DNA of 64,000 bases from Akkermansiaceae bacterium (GTDB taxonomy: Bacteria; Verrucomicrobiota; Verrucomicrobiia; Verrucomicrobiales; Akkermansiaceae): assembly GCA_051251915.1 (NCBI GenBank), contig JBPOGF010000013.1, forward strand, positions 72,010 to 136,009, given 5' to 3'. The position numbers and the translations under genes were made by a program. This document shows positions 32,745 through 42,785 of the stretch, piece after piece (within the stretch, counting starts at the first letter, position 1; the number at the start of each line of letters is the position of its first letter). A model generated the notes under the pieces. The model ran no database searches and was not told the DNA's origin. It saw only the letters and a program-made list of their open reading frames with translations.

Positions 32745-33224
32745 ATGCTCACCGCAACCATCAAAATCCTAAAAACCACCAGCGCCATCAGCCTAGCCAT
32801 CCTCCTCCTAGTCGTCATCCTCATCATCGCTGACAACAAACTAGACCTCGGCGCAGTCTGGGCAAACGAACTCGCCCGCTTCATGCTCGTCTGGATCATC
32901 ATGCTCGGTGGCACACTCGCCTACGCAGAACACAGCCACCTAGGACTCGATATCCTAGTCGACAAATTCGACACCCCCACCAAGCACGCCAGCTACATCC
33001 TCAGCCACACCCTCATCCTCCTCTTCGCCCTCCTCGTCCTCGTCTACGGCGGCTACCAGCTCGTCATCGGCCGCATCGAAATGGGCCAAACCATGCCCGC
33101 CCTCAAAATCTCAAAAGGCTGGTTCTACGCCAGCCTCCCACTCGCCGGCATCCTCATCTCCACCACCTCCATCGCCCACCTCCTAGCTAGCAAAAAACTT
33201 ACCTCTAACCCTAACAGAAACTAA
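32745..33224 (+). CDS. dctQ: TRAP transporter small permease
   Basis: WANELARF...HLGLD, 4 TM helices. Confidence 0.85.
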   Translation: MLTATIKILKTTSAISLAILLLVVILIIADNKLDLGAVWANELARFMLVWIIMLGGTLAYAEHSHLGLDILVDKFDTPTKHASYILSHTLILLFALLVLVYGGYQLVIGRIEMGQTMPALKISKGWFYASLPLAGILISTTSIAHLLASKKLTSNPNRN

Positions 33225-33227
33225 CAG

Positions 33228-34517
33228 ATGTTCCTCGCCATCCTCATCATCACCTTCATCTGTCTTCTCCTCTTAGAAGTTCCCATCGCCTTCTCGGTAG
33301 GCATCGCCACCCTCCTCGCATCCATCTCCCTAGGCGAGGCCAATGTCTGGCAAAACGTAGCCAGCGACATGATCAACGGTGTAGACAACTTCTCACTCCT
33401 AGCCATCCCCTTCTTCATCCTAGCGGGAGACATCATGGGCGCCGGAGGCCTAGCCATGCGCCTCATCAACTTCGCCGCCACCCTAGTAGGAAGACTCCCC
33501 GGCGGACTCTCCCTAGTCAACACCATGACCTGCATGCTCTTCGGCTCCATCTCCGGCTCAGCCGCAGCAGCAGTATCCTCCATCGGAAACACCCTCATCC
33601 CAGAAATGAACAAAAAAGGCTATGACAAAGACTTCAACGTCGCCGTCACCGTAGCAGGCTCCATCACCGGCCTCCTCATCCCGCCCAGCAACGTCATGAT
33701 CGTCTTCGCCGTCGTCGCCTCAGGAGTCTCCGTCTCAGCCCTCTTCCTCGCCGGCATCATCCCCGGCATACTCCTCGGCCTAGCCATCATGCTAGTCTGC
33801 ATCATCGTCTGCAAAAAACGCGGCTACGGCCAAGCAGCAGACACAGCCCCCCCCAAATTCATCCCAGCACTCAAAGGCGCCTTCCCCGCCCTCATGCTCG
33901 TAGTCATCGTCCTCGCCGGCATCTTCTCCGGACTCTTCACCCCCACCCAAGCCTCCGCCGTAGCCGTAGTCTGGGCACTCTTCCTAGCCTGCATCCTCTA
34001 CCGCGACCTCCCCCTAAAAGCCCTCCCAGACCTCTTCGCCAAGTCCGCCCGCACCACCGGCGTCGTCCTCCTCCTCGTAGCCACCAGCTCCGCCATGAGC
34101 CGCCTCCTCACAGCCGAGCAGATCCCCCAGCTCATCAGCGCAGCCCTACTCTCCATCTCAGAAAATAAAATCATCATCCTACTCATCATCAACGTCATTC
34201 TCCTCCTCGTAGGAACCTTCATGGACATCACCCCCGCCGTCCTCATCTTCACCCCCATCTTCCTCCCCGTAGCCATGGAACTAGACATGGACATCATCCA
34301 CTTCGGCATCCTCATGATCGCCAACCTCTCCATCGGCCTCTGCACCCCACCCGTAGGCACCTGCCTCTTCGTAGGCTGCAGCGTAGGCAAAGCAAAAATC
34401 GCCGGCGTCTCCAAACAAATGCTCCCCTTCTACATCGCCATGATCCTAGTCCTCCTCCTCATCACCTACATCCCCGCCCTCTCCACCTACCTCCCAGAAC
34501 TAATCGGAAACAAATAA
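33228..34517 (+). CDS. dctM: TRAP transporter large permease
   Basis: LLAIPFFILAG, FGSISGSAAA, LIPPS, GLCTPPVG. Confidence 0.93.
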   Translation: MFLAILIITFICLLLLEVPIAFSVGIATLLASISLGEANVWQNVASDMINGVDNFSLLAIPFFILAGDIMGAGGLAMRLINFAATLVGRLPGGLSLVNTMTCMLFGSISGSAAAAVSSIGNTLIPEMNKKGYDKDFNVAVTVAGSITGLLIPPSNVMIVFAVVASGVSVSALFLAGIIPGILLGLAIMLVCIIVCKKRGYGQAADTAPPKFIPALKGAFPALMLVVIVLAGIFSGLFTPTQASAVAVVWALFLACILYRDLPLKALPDLFAKSARTTGVVLLLVATSSAMSRLLTAEQIPQLISAALLSISENKIIILLIINVILLLVGTFMDITPAVLIFTPIFLPVAMELDMDIIHFGILMIANLSIGLCTPPVGTCLFVGCSVGKAKIAGVSKQMLPFYIAMILVLLLITYIPALSTYLPELIGNK

Positions 34518-34720
34518 CCAACCCACAATCAACCCAAGCACTTCCATCAACCAAGCACACAACCCAAGCTCACCATCAACCTTTCGTGTATTTAGCGTAT
34601 TTCGCGGTAAAAAATTAAATCCATCAACCCAAGCAGTTTCATCAACCAAGTTCAGCGTAATTCAGCGACTTCAGCGGTCAGCACCGCAGGTCAAAGCACC
34701 AAGCACACAACCCAAGCAAA

Positions 34721-34783
34721 CTTCACAATTCACAATTCACAATTCAACATTCAACATTCAAAATTCAAAATTCAAAATTCAAC
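34721..34783 (+). repeat. Nine-unit heptamer array (ATTCAca/ac/aa) ending 1 nt before the kduD ATG
   Basis: CTTCACA (ATTCACA)2 (ATTCAAC)2 (ATTCAAA)3 ATTCAAC C ATG. Confidence 0.95.
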
Positions 34784-34784
34784 C

Positions 34785-35546
34785 ATGAACCTATTCAACC
34801 TATCAGGAAAAACAGCACTAGTCACAGGATGCAAACGCGGAATCGGCCTAGCCATGGCAGAAGGCCTAGCCGCAGCAGGAGCCGACATCATCGGCGTCTC
34901 AGCCTCCCTAGAAACATCAGGCTCAGCAGCAGAAAAAGCCGTCACCGCCCATGGCCGTAAATTCACCGCCTACCAATGCGACTTCTCAGACCGCAGCGCC
35001 GTCAAACAATTCACCGCTGATATCCTCGCCAACCACGGCACCCCAGACATCCTCATCAACAACGCCGGCACCATCCTCCGCGCCCCAGCCGCCGAACACT
35101 CGGACGAATACTGGGACCAAGTCATCGAAGTCAACCTCAACGCCCAGTTCATCATCAGCCGCGACCTAGGAGCCAAAATGGTAGAACGTGGCAGCGGAAA
35201 AATCATCTTCACCGCCTCCCTCCTCACCTTCCAAGGCGGCATCACCGTCCCCGGCTACGCCGCCTCCAAAGGCGCCATCGGCCAACTCACCAAAGCCCTC
35301 TCAAACGAATGGGCATCCTCAGGCGTCAACGTCAACGCCATCGCCCCTGGCTACATCGCCACAGACAACACCCAAGCCCTAAGAGAAGACCCCACCCGAT
35401 CCGAACAAATCCTCGCCCGCATCCCCGCCGGCCGCTGGGGCAAGCCAGAAGACTTCGTAGGCCCCACCATCTTCCTAGCCTCCCAAGCAGCCTCCTACGT
35501 CCACGGAGAAACCCTCCTAGTAGACGGCGGCTGGATGGGCAGATAA
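34785..35546 (+). CDS. kduD: 2-dehydro-3-deoxy-D-gluconate 5-dehydrogenase (SDR)
   Basis: TGCKRGIG, NNAG, FQGGITVPGYAASK, VDGGWMGR. Confidence 0.92.
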   Translation: MNLFNLSGKTALVTGCKRGIGLAMAEGLAAAGADIIGVSASLETSGSAAEKAVTAHGRKFTAYQCDFSDRSAVKQFTADILANHGTPDILINNAGTILRAPAAEHSDEYWDQVIEVNLNAQFIISRDLGAKMVERGSGKIIFTASLLTFQGGITVPGYAASKGAIGQLTKALSNEWASSGVNVNAIAPGYIATDNTQALREDPTRSEQILARIPAGRWGKPEDFVGPTIFLASQAASYVHGETLLVDGGWMGR

Positions 35547-35728
35547 CCCACCCCCATCAACCCAAGCCATATTCGTCAAAATTAGTGCAGATTCGTGGTA
35601 AAGCACCGCAGGTCACAACCCAAGCACACAACCTAAGCAACCATCAACCCAGTTCCGTCTATTCCGTACCTTCCGTGGTCAAAAACCCATCAACCCAAGC
35701 AAACTTCAACATACAACATTCAAAACTC

Positions 35729-36913
35729 ATGATCAAATCACTCAAAAATTTCATCACCACCACCATCAGCCTCACCCTCCTCTCCACCTCAACCCACGCA
35801 GATGAATCCAAACTACAACCAAAAGCCATCCTAGAAATCGGCAACCGCGTAGCAGACTGGCAAATCCGCACATTCGACACCCACGCCCAATACCGCGCCC
35901 TCTCAGACAAAGGCCGCAAAAAAGCCCGCGCCAACGGCGACCGATCCAAAAACTACCACGACCTCGCCTGGCACAACGGCGCACTCTACACCGGCATGGA
36001 CCAATGGCGCAAAACCACCAAAAACCCAAAATACACCCAATGGCTCACCACCATCGGCCAGCGCAACAACTGGACCCTCCACAAACGCCCCTACCACGCG
36101 GACGACCACGCAGTCGGCCAGTTCTACCTCTCCCTCTACCAAGAAACCAAAGACAAATCCATGCTCACCCCTACACAAGAGCACTTCGACTGGATCCTAG
36201 CCAACCCAAAAACCGGCTCCTTAGAATGGGGAAAAGACACCGACTCCCACCACCGCTGGGGCTGGTGTGACGCCCTCTTCATGGCCCCCCCAGTCTGGGC
36301 TCGCCTCGCCAAAGTCACTGGCGACCTAAAATACCTAGACTTCATGCACCAAGAATACCAAGCCACCTACGACCTCCTCTGGGACAAAGAAAACCACCTC
36401 TTCTTCCGCGACACCAGCTACTTCCCTGAGCGCGAAGCCAACGGCAAAAAAGTCTTCTGGTCACGCGGCAACGGCTGGGTCTTCGGCGGCCTCGCCCTCA
36501 TGATCCCAGACCTCCCACAAGACTGGAAACACAACAACTTCTACCTCAACACATTCAAACAAATGGCAGCCAAAATCAAAACCCTCCAACGCCAAGACGG
36601 CACCTGGTCCATGGGACTCCTCGGCGGAACCGAAGGCTACCCCATCAAAGAAACCAGCGGCACCTCATTCTACATCTTCGGCCTAGCCTGGGGAGTCAAC
36701 CAAGGCATCCTAGACAAAACAGAATACCTCCCCACCATCACCAAAGGCTGGTCCGCCCTCACCGCCTCCGTCCAGCCAGACGGCCTCCTAGGCTACGTCC
36801 AGCCCGTAGGCGCCGCCCCCGGAGACTCCTTCCCAAACAAATCAGAAGTCTACGGCGTAGGAGCCTTCCTAGCCGCCGCCTCAGAAGTCTACAAACTAGC
36901 CGGAGGAAAATAA
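35729..36913 (+). CDS. Second GH105/GH88 unsaturated glycuronyl hydrolase
   Basis: Signal peptide from MIKSLKNF; HADDHAVG, WGWCDALFMAP, FWSRGNGW, ETSGT. Confidence 0.9.
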   Translation: MIKSLKNFITTTISLTLLSTSTHADESKLQPKAILEIGNRVADWQIRTFDTHAQYRALSDKGRKKARANGDRSKNYHDLAWHNGALYTGMDQWRKTTKNPKYTQWLTTIGQRNNWTLHKRPYHADDHAVGQFYLSLYQETKDKSMLTPTQEHFDWILANPKTGSLEWGKDTDSHHRWGWCDALFMAPPVWARLAKVTGDLKYLDFMHQEYQATYDLLWDKENHLFFRDTSYFPEREANGKKVFWSRGNGWVFGGLALMIPDLPQDWKHNNFYLNTFKQMAAKIKTLQRQDGTWSMGLLGGTEGYPIKETSGTSFYIFGLAWGVNQGILDKTEYLPTITKGWSALTASVQPDGLLGYVQPVGAAPGDSFPNKSEVYGVGAFLAAASEVYKLAGGK

Positions 36914-36970
36914 ATATCCCATCACCACAACAAAACCTCCCAAAACTCAATCAACCACGCTAGCAATAAC

Positions 36971-37863
36971 TTGAAATCAATAGATCACTACGAAGAGTAT
37001 TTCTACAACCTCAACACAGGCATAGTTGGAGCTCATGAACGCCCCCACAAACCAATCATGCTTTTAGCCGTCATGGATCTCATTGAAATGGGGTCCCTAC
37101 AGCAAAACCTCATCCCATTCTCAAAAGACCTGCAACGACAATTCTCCCAATATTTCGCAGTAGTTAAAGAACTCAACGATCGCAACACACCGATCAATCC
37201 CTTTTCTACATGCGTAGCGAACCATTTTGGAGTCACCAGCCAACACCCGGGAGTGAAGCAATAATCAATACCCTAAGTAGTCCACCAGCCATGCGTGATT
37301 TATCTTCAATCATGCAAGGTGCCACACTAGAGCCTACTCTATGGGCAGCCATGAATGACTCAGCCACTCGCTCACGCCTCCGCCAAGTTCTAATCTCTCG
37401 ATACTTTCCACAGCATCGGACCTCATTGCTGCAACAGTTACCTATCAATCTAAATCTCAATCAAGAACTTGCCGAATACCTAACACCCGCACGTACGGCA
37501 GGCTTTAGAAAAATCGTCACCCAAGTCTACGAACACCAATGTGCCGCCTGTGGACTGAGCCTTCACCGCCCCGATGGCTCCACCATCGTCGATGCCGCCC
37601 ACATCATTCCCTTCTCGGAAAGCTACAACGACCACCCACGTAATGGACTAGCCCTCTGCAAAAACCATCACTGGGCTATGGATAAATCCCTCATAGCTCC
37701 CAGCCCAGGCCTCATTTGGCTTGCTAGCCAAGACCTCGACCCAAGGCAACCAGGAGAAAAAGAACTCATCAACTTAGCCAACCAACCGATCATTCTCCCC
37801 AAAGACAACGCCTACCACCCTCTCCCTGATGCACTAGAATGGAGAAAATCCAGATTAGCTTAA
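36971..37863 (+). pseudogene. SBD-HNH phosphorothioate-dependent restriction endonuclease, split by a 1-nt frameshift at about 37202-37205
   Basis: PHKPIMLLA in ORF1; NPF-[F]-YMRSEPFW spans the shift; CAACG...DAAHIIP...NGLALCKNHH HNH in ORF2. Confidence 0.8.
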
Positions 37864-37890
37864 AGTTATAATCCTCCGACGAAAACAATA

Positions 37891-38607
37891 ATGCGCATAC
37901 TCACATGGAATCTCCAACACGGCGGCGGCAAACGTATCGAACGCTTAACAACCGCACTCCTCACCTACGACGCCGATGTCATCCTCCTCAATGAATACCG
38001 ACACAACAAAGCCGGTTCAGACCTACGCGAGCATCTAACAGAAGCTGGCTACCTCTACCAATCAGCACCCCACGCAGCACCCCGTGATAACATCATCTTC
38101 GCAGCCTCCCGCATCCCCTTCGAATCCACAACATTCCCAGGACAACTCTCCGACCCAGACCTAGGAGACTTCACCTCTCGCGTCCTCCTAGTAAAAATTG
38201 CCGACCTCAACATCTTCGGAGTCTACATGCCCAGCATGTAATACAAACGACCCGTCTTCGACTTCCTCCTAAACTTACCTCCACACTACCTATCCGAAAA
38301 ATCACTATTCATGGGTGACCTCAATACAGGGAGACACTACGAAGACGAAGCCGGCGCCACCTTCATCTCAGCCCCACAATTCGACGCCTTACTCGAACAA
38401 GGTTGGATCGACACCTGGAGAAACCGCAACCCAGAAGCCCGTGAATTCACCTGGTTCTCACGCGGCTACAACAACGGCTTCAGACTAGACCACGCCCTAG
38501 CCAGTCCCTCATTCAACAAGGTGATCAAAGATGTCTACTACTCCCACCAGGAGCGTATCGACGGCGTCACAGACCACTCACTCATGGTAGTCGATATAGA
38601 TCAATAG
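37891..38607 (+). pseudogene. Endonuclease/exonuclease/phosphatase (ExoIII-like) gene with one in-frame TAA at 38239-38241
   Basis: ILTWN, LNE, then in the same frame after the stop GDLN, WIDTWR, RLDH, TDH. Confidence 0.8.
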
Positions 38608-38789
38608 CCCCAAAAGTAATTAAGTCCCCCATCAACCAAGATCAGCGTAATTAAGCGAACAGCACCACAGGTCAAAGCTCCAAGAACATCACCCCAAGCC
38701 CACAACCCAAGTTCAAGTTCCATCAACCCTGTTCCGTCTATTCAGAGCATTCCGTGGTCAAAAATCCCTCAACCCAGTTCAGCCCCCCC

Positions 38790-38831
38790 CTTCATAATTC
38801 ATAATTCATAATTCATAATTCACAATTCATA
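38790..38831 (+). repeat. Heptamer array (ATTCATA)-type x6 overlapping the araC stop codon
   Basis: Read directly. Confidence 0.9.
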
Positions 38832-39681
38832 ACCCCCCTCCATTCTGTCTATAGCTTCTTGGCGTGCTCCCTGTTTCTTTCTTAAAGCAACGACTGAACG
38901 TCTGAGGTGAACCAAACCCAGCCTCCTCAGCTATGTCAGCTAATGACAAAGTGGTCGTTCTAAGCAGAGACATCGCGCGATTGATCCGGTAGTTCTGTAA
39001 ATAACTCCCTAATGAAATGCCAGCTGTATTCCTGAACACTGTGCGCAGTCGTGACTCAGACAAATCTAACTGCTTAGCCAAATCAGCAACTAAGACAATT
39101 CGCCCCCGCATTTCCACTAACAAGCGGTTGATCTTACGAAGCAAATTGTCTGGCACCGCTATAGGCAGATCCGCTGCAGTCGCTTGCAGATCTCGCTTAA
39201 GTGCTGTGAGCACATGCAACAAGACCACCTGTAGTTCATGGCTATGCCGCTCTGAATGCCACTCCTCTAACAATTCTTTAATGAGCTTCTGAGTTTCAGA
39301 AGTTAGTGTCACCACACAGTTTCGTAATGGCTCCAGAAACCCACCAGGCTCCAATTCAAACGTGCAGAATAACCACTGAATTCGATCTGAATCTAACTGG
39401 GTAAAGTGATGAAACTGATAAGGATGAATAAGCAACGCTTGCCCTGGGCTAAATGCATGCGACAGATGATTGATTTGGATTTGCCCCCGTGTCTTGAAAT
39501 TAAGTGACAATACAAATCTATGATGAGAGCGGTTCTGAACAGCATTCTGTTGCAAGTTCTCGCGTGTCTGCCGAGTAAATAAAAGGATATTTCGCGGCGT
39601 TGGTAGCGTATCTTCCCCCGCTCCCTTGAAGTAGTCCTTCGGCTCGGAAAGATCGAGCAAAGATGGCTTAATCGGATCCAT
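38827..39681 (-). CDS. AraC family transcriptional regulator
   Basis: N-terminal cupin-like domain and C-terminal double HTH (LADIAEEAGFGSPQTFSRCFKK...TPRSYR). Confidence 0.93.
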   Translation of the reverse strand: MDPIKPSLLDLSEPKDYFKGAGEDTLPTPRNILLFTRQTRENLQQNAVQNRSHHRFVLSLNFKTRGQIQINHLSHAFSPGQALLIHPYQFHHFTQLDSDRIQWLFCTFELEPGGFLEPLRNCVVTLTSETQKLIKELLEEWHSERHSHELQVVLLHVLTALKRDLQATAADLPIAVPDNLLRKINRLLVEMRGRIVLVADLAKQLDLSESRLRTVFRNTAGISLGSYLQNYRINRAMSLLRTTTLSLADIAEEAGFGSPQTFSRCFKKETGSTPRSYRQNGGGL

Positions 39682-39784
39682 ACTGGGAAGATATACCTCA
39701 TTAAGAAATAGTCAATATTGTTAAAAATTGATCAATTTTGGCAAATTATTAGTATTTATTTGCTTCCGTTAATGGAGAATATCG

Positions 39785-41170
39785 ATGTGTCGGTACACCC
39801 ACACTTTACAGATGAAAATTACACCAAGCCTAGATCCTGATTTCTTTCCTGCCATTCTTTGGAATCAAAAATTTGAGCAGGATGCGGAAGGAAGCGCCCT
39901 ATCCGTGACCCTTGGTCTATGCCGTGACAATACCGTGCTAGCTCGTCGCAAGTTAAAGATCCTCCCCGACTCAGAGCGGAGCCTGCGCTACGTGGAAAGA
40001 ACACTTAAGACTCTAATCTGGTCGGTGGGAGGAAACCGTATTCTCTTCGCTGGACCTGATGACTTGTTTGACCGATTGCAAAAACACTACTCAGATTCTA
40101 AAATTGGCCAGTTTGACTCTGAAACCATCGGAGTAAGGCTTTTCGATCTTGCGCTAAAGATCGAACAGGTAGATGCTTCTATGATTTCCGACCCTACCCA
40201 TGAAACCACGGCTCTTGGCCGTCATCTCGATGGTTGCCGTATCGGATTTGACCTCGGCGGAAGTGAGCGTAAATGCGCGGCCTTGGTCGACGGAGAAGTC
40301 ATTTTCTCAGAGCAAATTAAATGGAACCCCTACTTTGAAAAGAATCCTCAATATCACTATGATGCGATCATGGACTCGCTACAACGTGCTGCCACACACT
40401 TGCCACACGTCGATGCTATCGGCGGCAGTGCAGCTGGTGTTTACGTTAACAACGAAGTGCGCGTCTCCTCACTATTCAGGGGCGTAGAGAACGATAAATT
40501 TGATACCGAAGTCCGTCCCATATTTAAAAAGCTTAAACAGGCCTGGAATGGCATCCCATTTGAAGTCGCCAACGACGGTGAAGTCACCGCTCTTGCAGGG
40601 GCGATGTCTTTGAAGGATGATGCGGTACTCGGTATCTCTATGGGAACAAGTCTCGCCGCAGGCTATGTCACCCCAGAGGGAACCATCACCTCTTGGCTCA
40701 ACGAACTGGCCTTTGTCCCCGTCGACTACCGCATAGATGGACCAGTAGACGAATGGTCAGGAGATGCAGGCTGCGGAGTTCAGTTCTTCTCTCAGCAAGG
40801 GGTAGCGCGCCTCGCTCCACTAGCCGGTATTGATTTCAAAACAGGAACACCATACGGCGAACAGCTTGCAGAAGTTCGGAGACTAATGTCAGAAAACGAC
40901 CCACGCGCACGAAAAATCTACGAAACCATCGGCACTTGCTTCGGCTACACCATCGCGCAATACTCAACAATCTATGATTTTCGTAACCTATTAGTTCTCG
41001 GCGGTGTCACTGCCGGTGAAGGAGGCCAGATCATTATTCAAAACGCCGAGCTCGTCTTGCAGGTTGAATTTCCCGATCTGGCATCAACAATAAATATCAG
41101 CATGCCTGAGGAACAAATGAAGAGGCATGGTCAAGCAGTAGCCGCAGCCAGCCTAGCAATAATCAAATAA
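39785..41170 (+). CDS. ROK family sugar kinase with N-terminal extension
   Basis: GFDLGGS, VANDG, GTSLAAGY, WLNELAF. Confidence 0.85.
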   Translation: MCRYTHTLQMKITPSLDPDFFPAILWNQKFEQDAEGSALSVTLGLCRDNTVLARRKLKILPDSERSLRYVERTLKTLIWSVGGNRILFAGPDDLFDRLQKHYSDSKIGQFDSETIGVRLFDLALKIEQVDASMISDPTHETTALGRHLDGCRIGFDLGGSERKCAALVDGEVIFSEQIKWNPYFEKNPQYHYDAIMDSLQRAATHLPHVDAIGGSAAGVYVNNEVRVSSLFRGVENDKFDTEVRPIFKKLKQAWNGIPFEVANDGEVTALAGAMSLKDDAVLGISMGTSLAAGYVTPEGTITSWLNELAFVPVDYRIDGPVDEWSGDAGCGVQFFSQQGVARLAPLAGIDFKTGTPYGEQLAEVRRLMSENDPRARKIYETIGTCFGYTIAQYSTIYDFRNLLVLGGVTAGEGGQIIIQNAELVLQVEFPDLASTINISMPEEQMKRHGQAVAAASLAIIK

Positions 41171-41175
41171 CTACC

Positions 41176-41997
41176 ATGAATAATCCCTACTTAAAATTTG
41201 TAACTGAAATACAAGCAAATGTTGAAGCCGCAAGTTCTCTCCGTGTATCTGGAAAATATGAGCCTGTAGTGTCTTCAGACAAGGTTCTAATCTTCTCACC
41301 CCATCCTGACGATGAATGCATCATAGGCCTACTCCCCTTGCGCCTGATGCGTGAGGCCGGTATGCAAGTGATCAACATTCCCGTAACCTACGGCAGTGAC
41401 GAAGCCCGCCAAGCTGGACGCGCCGAGGAACTCAATAACGCCTGTAACTATTTAGGCTGGTCAAATTATCGCGGCCCCGAGTGCAATACGGCCGCACAAC
41501 CCGGATGTTATCAGGCCTTAGAAAAGGACGACATCGTCTCCATACTCACTGAGCAACAGCCACGTGTCATTCTCGTGCCACATGTCAAAGATTGGAATTC
41601 TCGACACATCTCCACTCATCACCTAGTGTTAGAGGCTCTCGCTGAAATGCCATTTGATTTCACCTGCACAGTCGTCGAAACAGAATTTTGGGGCGCCATG
41701 TGGAGCCCTAACTTGATGGTCGAAGCTGATGCTGAAACGCTGGCCGACCTCGTTGCCGCTACCTCTTTACATGTCGAAGAAGTTGCGCGTAATCCATACC
41801 ACCTCTTGCTTCCTGCTTGGATGCAAGATAACGTCCGTCGTGGTGGAGAACTCGTTGGCGGACAAGGCGGTGCCGCACCTAATTTCAAATTCGCCACGCT
41901 TTACCGCTTGAGCCGCTGGGAAAACAAAGCATTCACTCAATGCACTGATACTAGTAAAATCCTGGGTACATCCGACAATCTAACAGAAATATTCTAA
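41176..41997 (+). CDS. PIG-L/LmbE family de-N-acetylase
   Basis: FSPHPDDE, R..E motif, second His motif as WNSRH. Confidence 0.85.
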   Translation: MNNPYLKFVTEIQANVEAASSLRVSGKYEPVVSSDKVLIFSPHPDDECIIGLLPLRLMREAGMQVINIPVTYGSDEARQAGRAEELNNACNYLGWSNYRGPECNTAAQPGCYQALEKDDIVSILTEQQPRVILVPHVKDWNSRHISTHHLVLEALAEMPFDFTCTVVETEFWGAMWSPNLMVEADAETLADLVAATSLHVEEVARNPYHLLLPAWMQDNVRRGGELVGGQGGAAPNFKFATLYRLSRWENKAFTQCTDTSKILGTSDNLTEIF

Positions 41998-42785
41998 TGG
42001 AAATAATCATCAATAATAACATGGATACGGGTAGCAAAGCTGCCGCAAGAGTTGTAGCTCGATTAATACACGAAAAACCAAACGCGGTGCTTGGCATGGC
42101 TACTGGCAGCACGCCGCTGAAGCTCTACAATGAGCTCATCCGTATGCATAAGGAGGAAGGACTTGATTTCAGCGCGGTCACTACATTCAATCTCGATGAA
42201 TATATCGGACTCCCGAAGGAACACGAACAATCTTACTACCGATTCATGTGGGACAACCTTTTCAATCACATCAATATCAATCCCAACAACGTTAACATTC
42301 CCGACGGAATGGCAACTGATGTTCCAATGGCATGCGCTGCATACGAGAAAGCGATCCAGGAGGCTGGAGGTATCGACCTACAGGTCTTAGGAATCGGTTC
42401 AGATGGACACGTAGGTTTCAACGAGCCAACCTCGTCATTTGCCTCACGCACCCGAATCAAAACCCTTACCCGTCAAACTGTGGCCGACAATGCCCGCTTC
42501 TTCGAAGGTAATGAATCACAGGTGCCTCGTCACTGCATCACCATGGGAATTGGAACGATTATGGATGCTCGTATGAATCTCCTACTCGCATTCGGAGAGA
42601 GCAAAGCAGACGCCATTGCCGCGATGGTTGAAGGTCCTGTTTCAGCCATCGTTCCAGCATCGATTCTCCAGCACCATCCAACAGCTAAGATCTTTATCGA
42701 CGAAGATGCTTCGACTAAATTACGCCTCGCCGACTATTACCGCTGGACCTACGAAGGCAAACCCGAATGGCAACAAGACGCCTAA
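41997..42785 (+). CDS. nagB: Glucosamine-6-phosphate deaminase
   Basis: GMATGSTP, FNLDEY, GIGSDGHVGFNEP, TMGIGTI. Confidence 0.95.
   Translation: MEIIINNNMDTGSKAAARVVARLIHEKPNAVLGMATGSTPLKLYNELIRMHKEEGLDFSAVTTFNLDEYIGLPKEHEQSYYRFMWDNLFNHININPNNVNIPDGMATDVPMACAAYEKAIQEAGGIDLQVLGIGSDGHVGFNEPTSSFASRTRIKTLTRQTVADNARFFEGNESQVPRHCITMGIGTIMDARMNLLLAFGESKADAIAAMVEGPVSAIVPASILQHHPTAKIFIDEDASTKLRLADYYRWTYEGKPEWQQDA

Noticed and set aside
35309..35728. 534-aa version of the second GH105
   Set aside because: It overlaps kduD out of frame and crosses repeats; the signal peptide starts at 35729.
17436..36950. Many overlapping or antisense ORFs rich in H/P/R/Q or G/V/W
   Set aside because: By-products of the strong C/A skew, which removes stop codons in alternative frames; no motifs.
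37199..37206. Programmed -1 frameshift in SBD-HNH
   Set aside because: CCC-TTT-T is in the wrong phase for X XXY YYZ and no stimulatory structure was evident; a homopolymer indel is simpler.
38239..38241. Stop-codon recoding (Sec/Pyl or alternative code)
   Set aside because: The codon is TAA, which terminates many other genes in the window.
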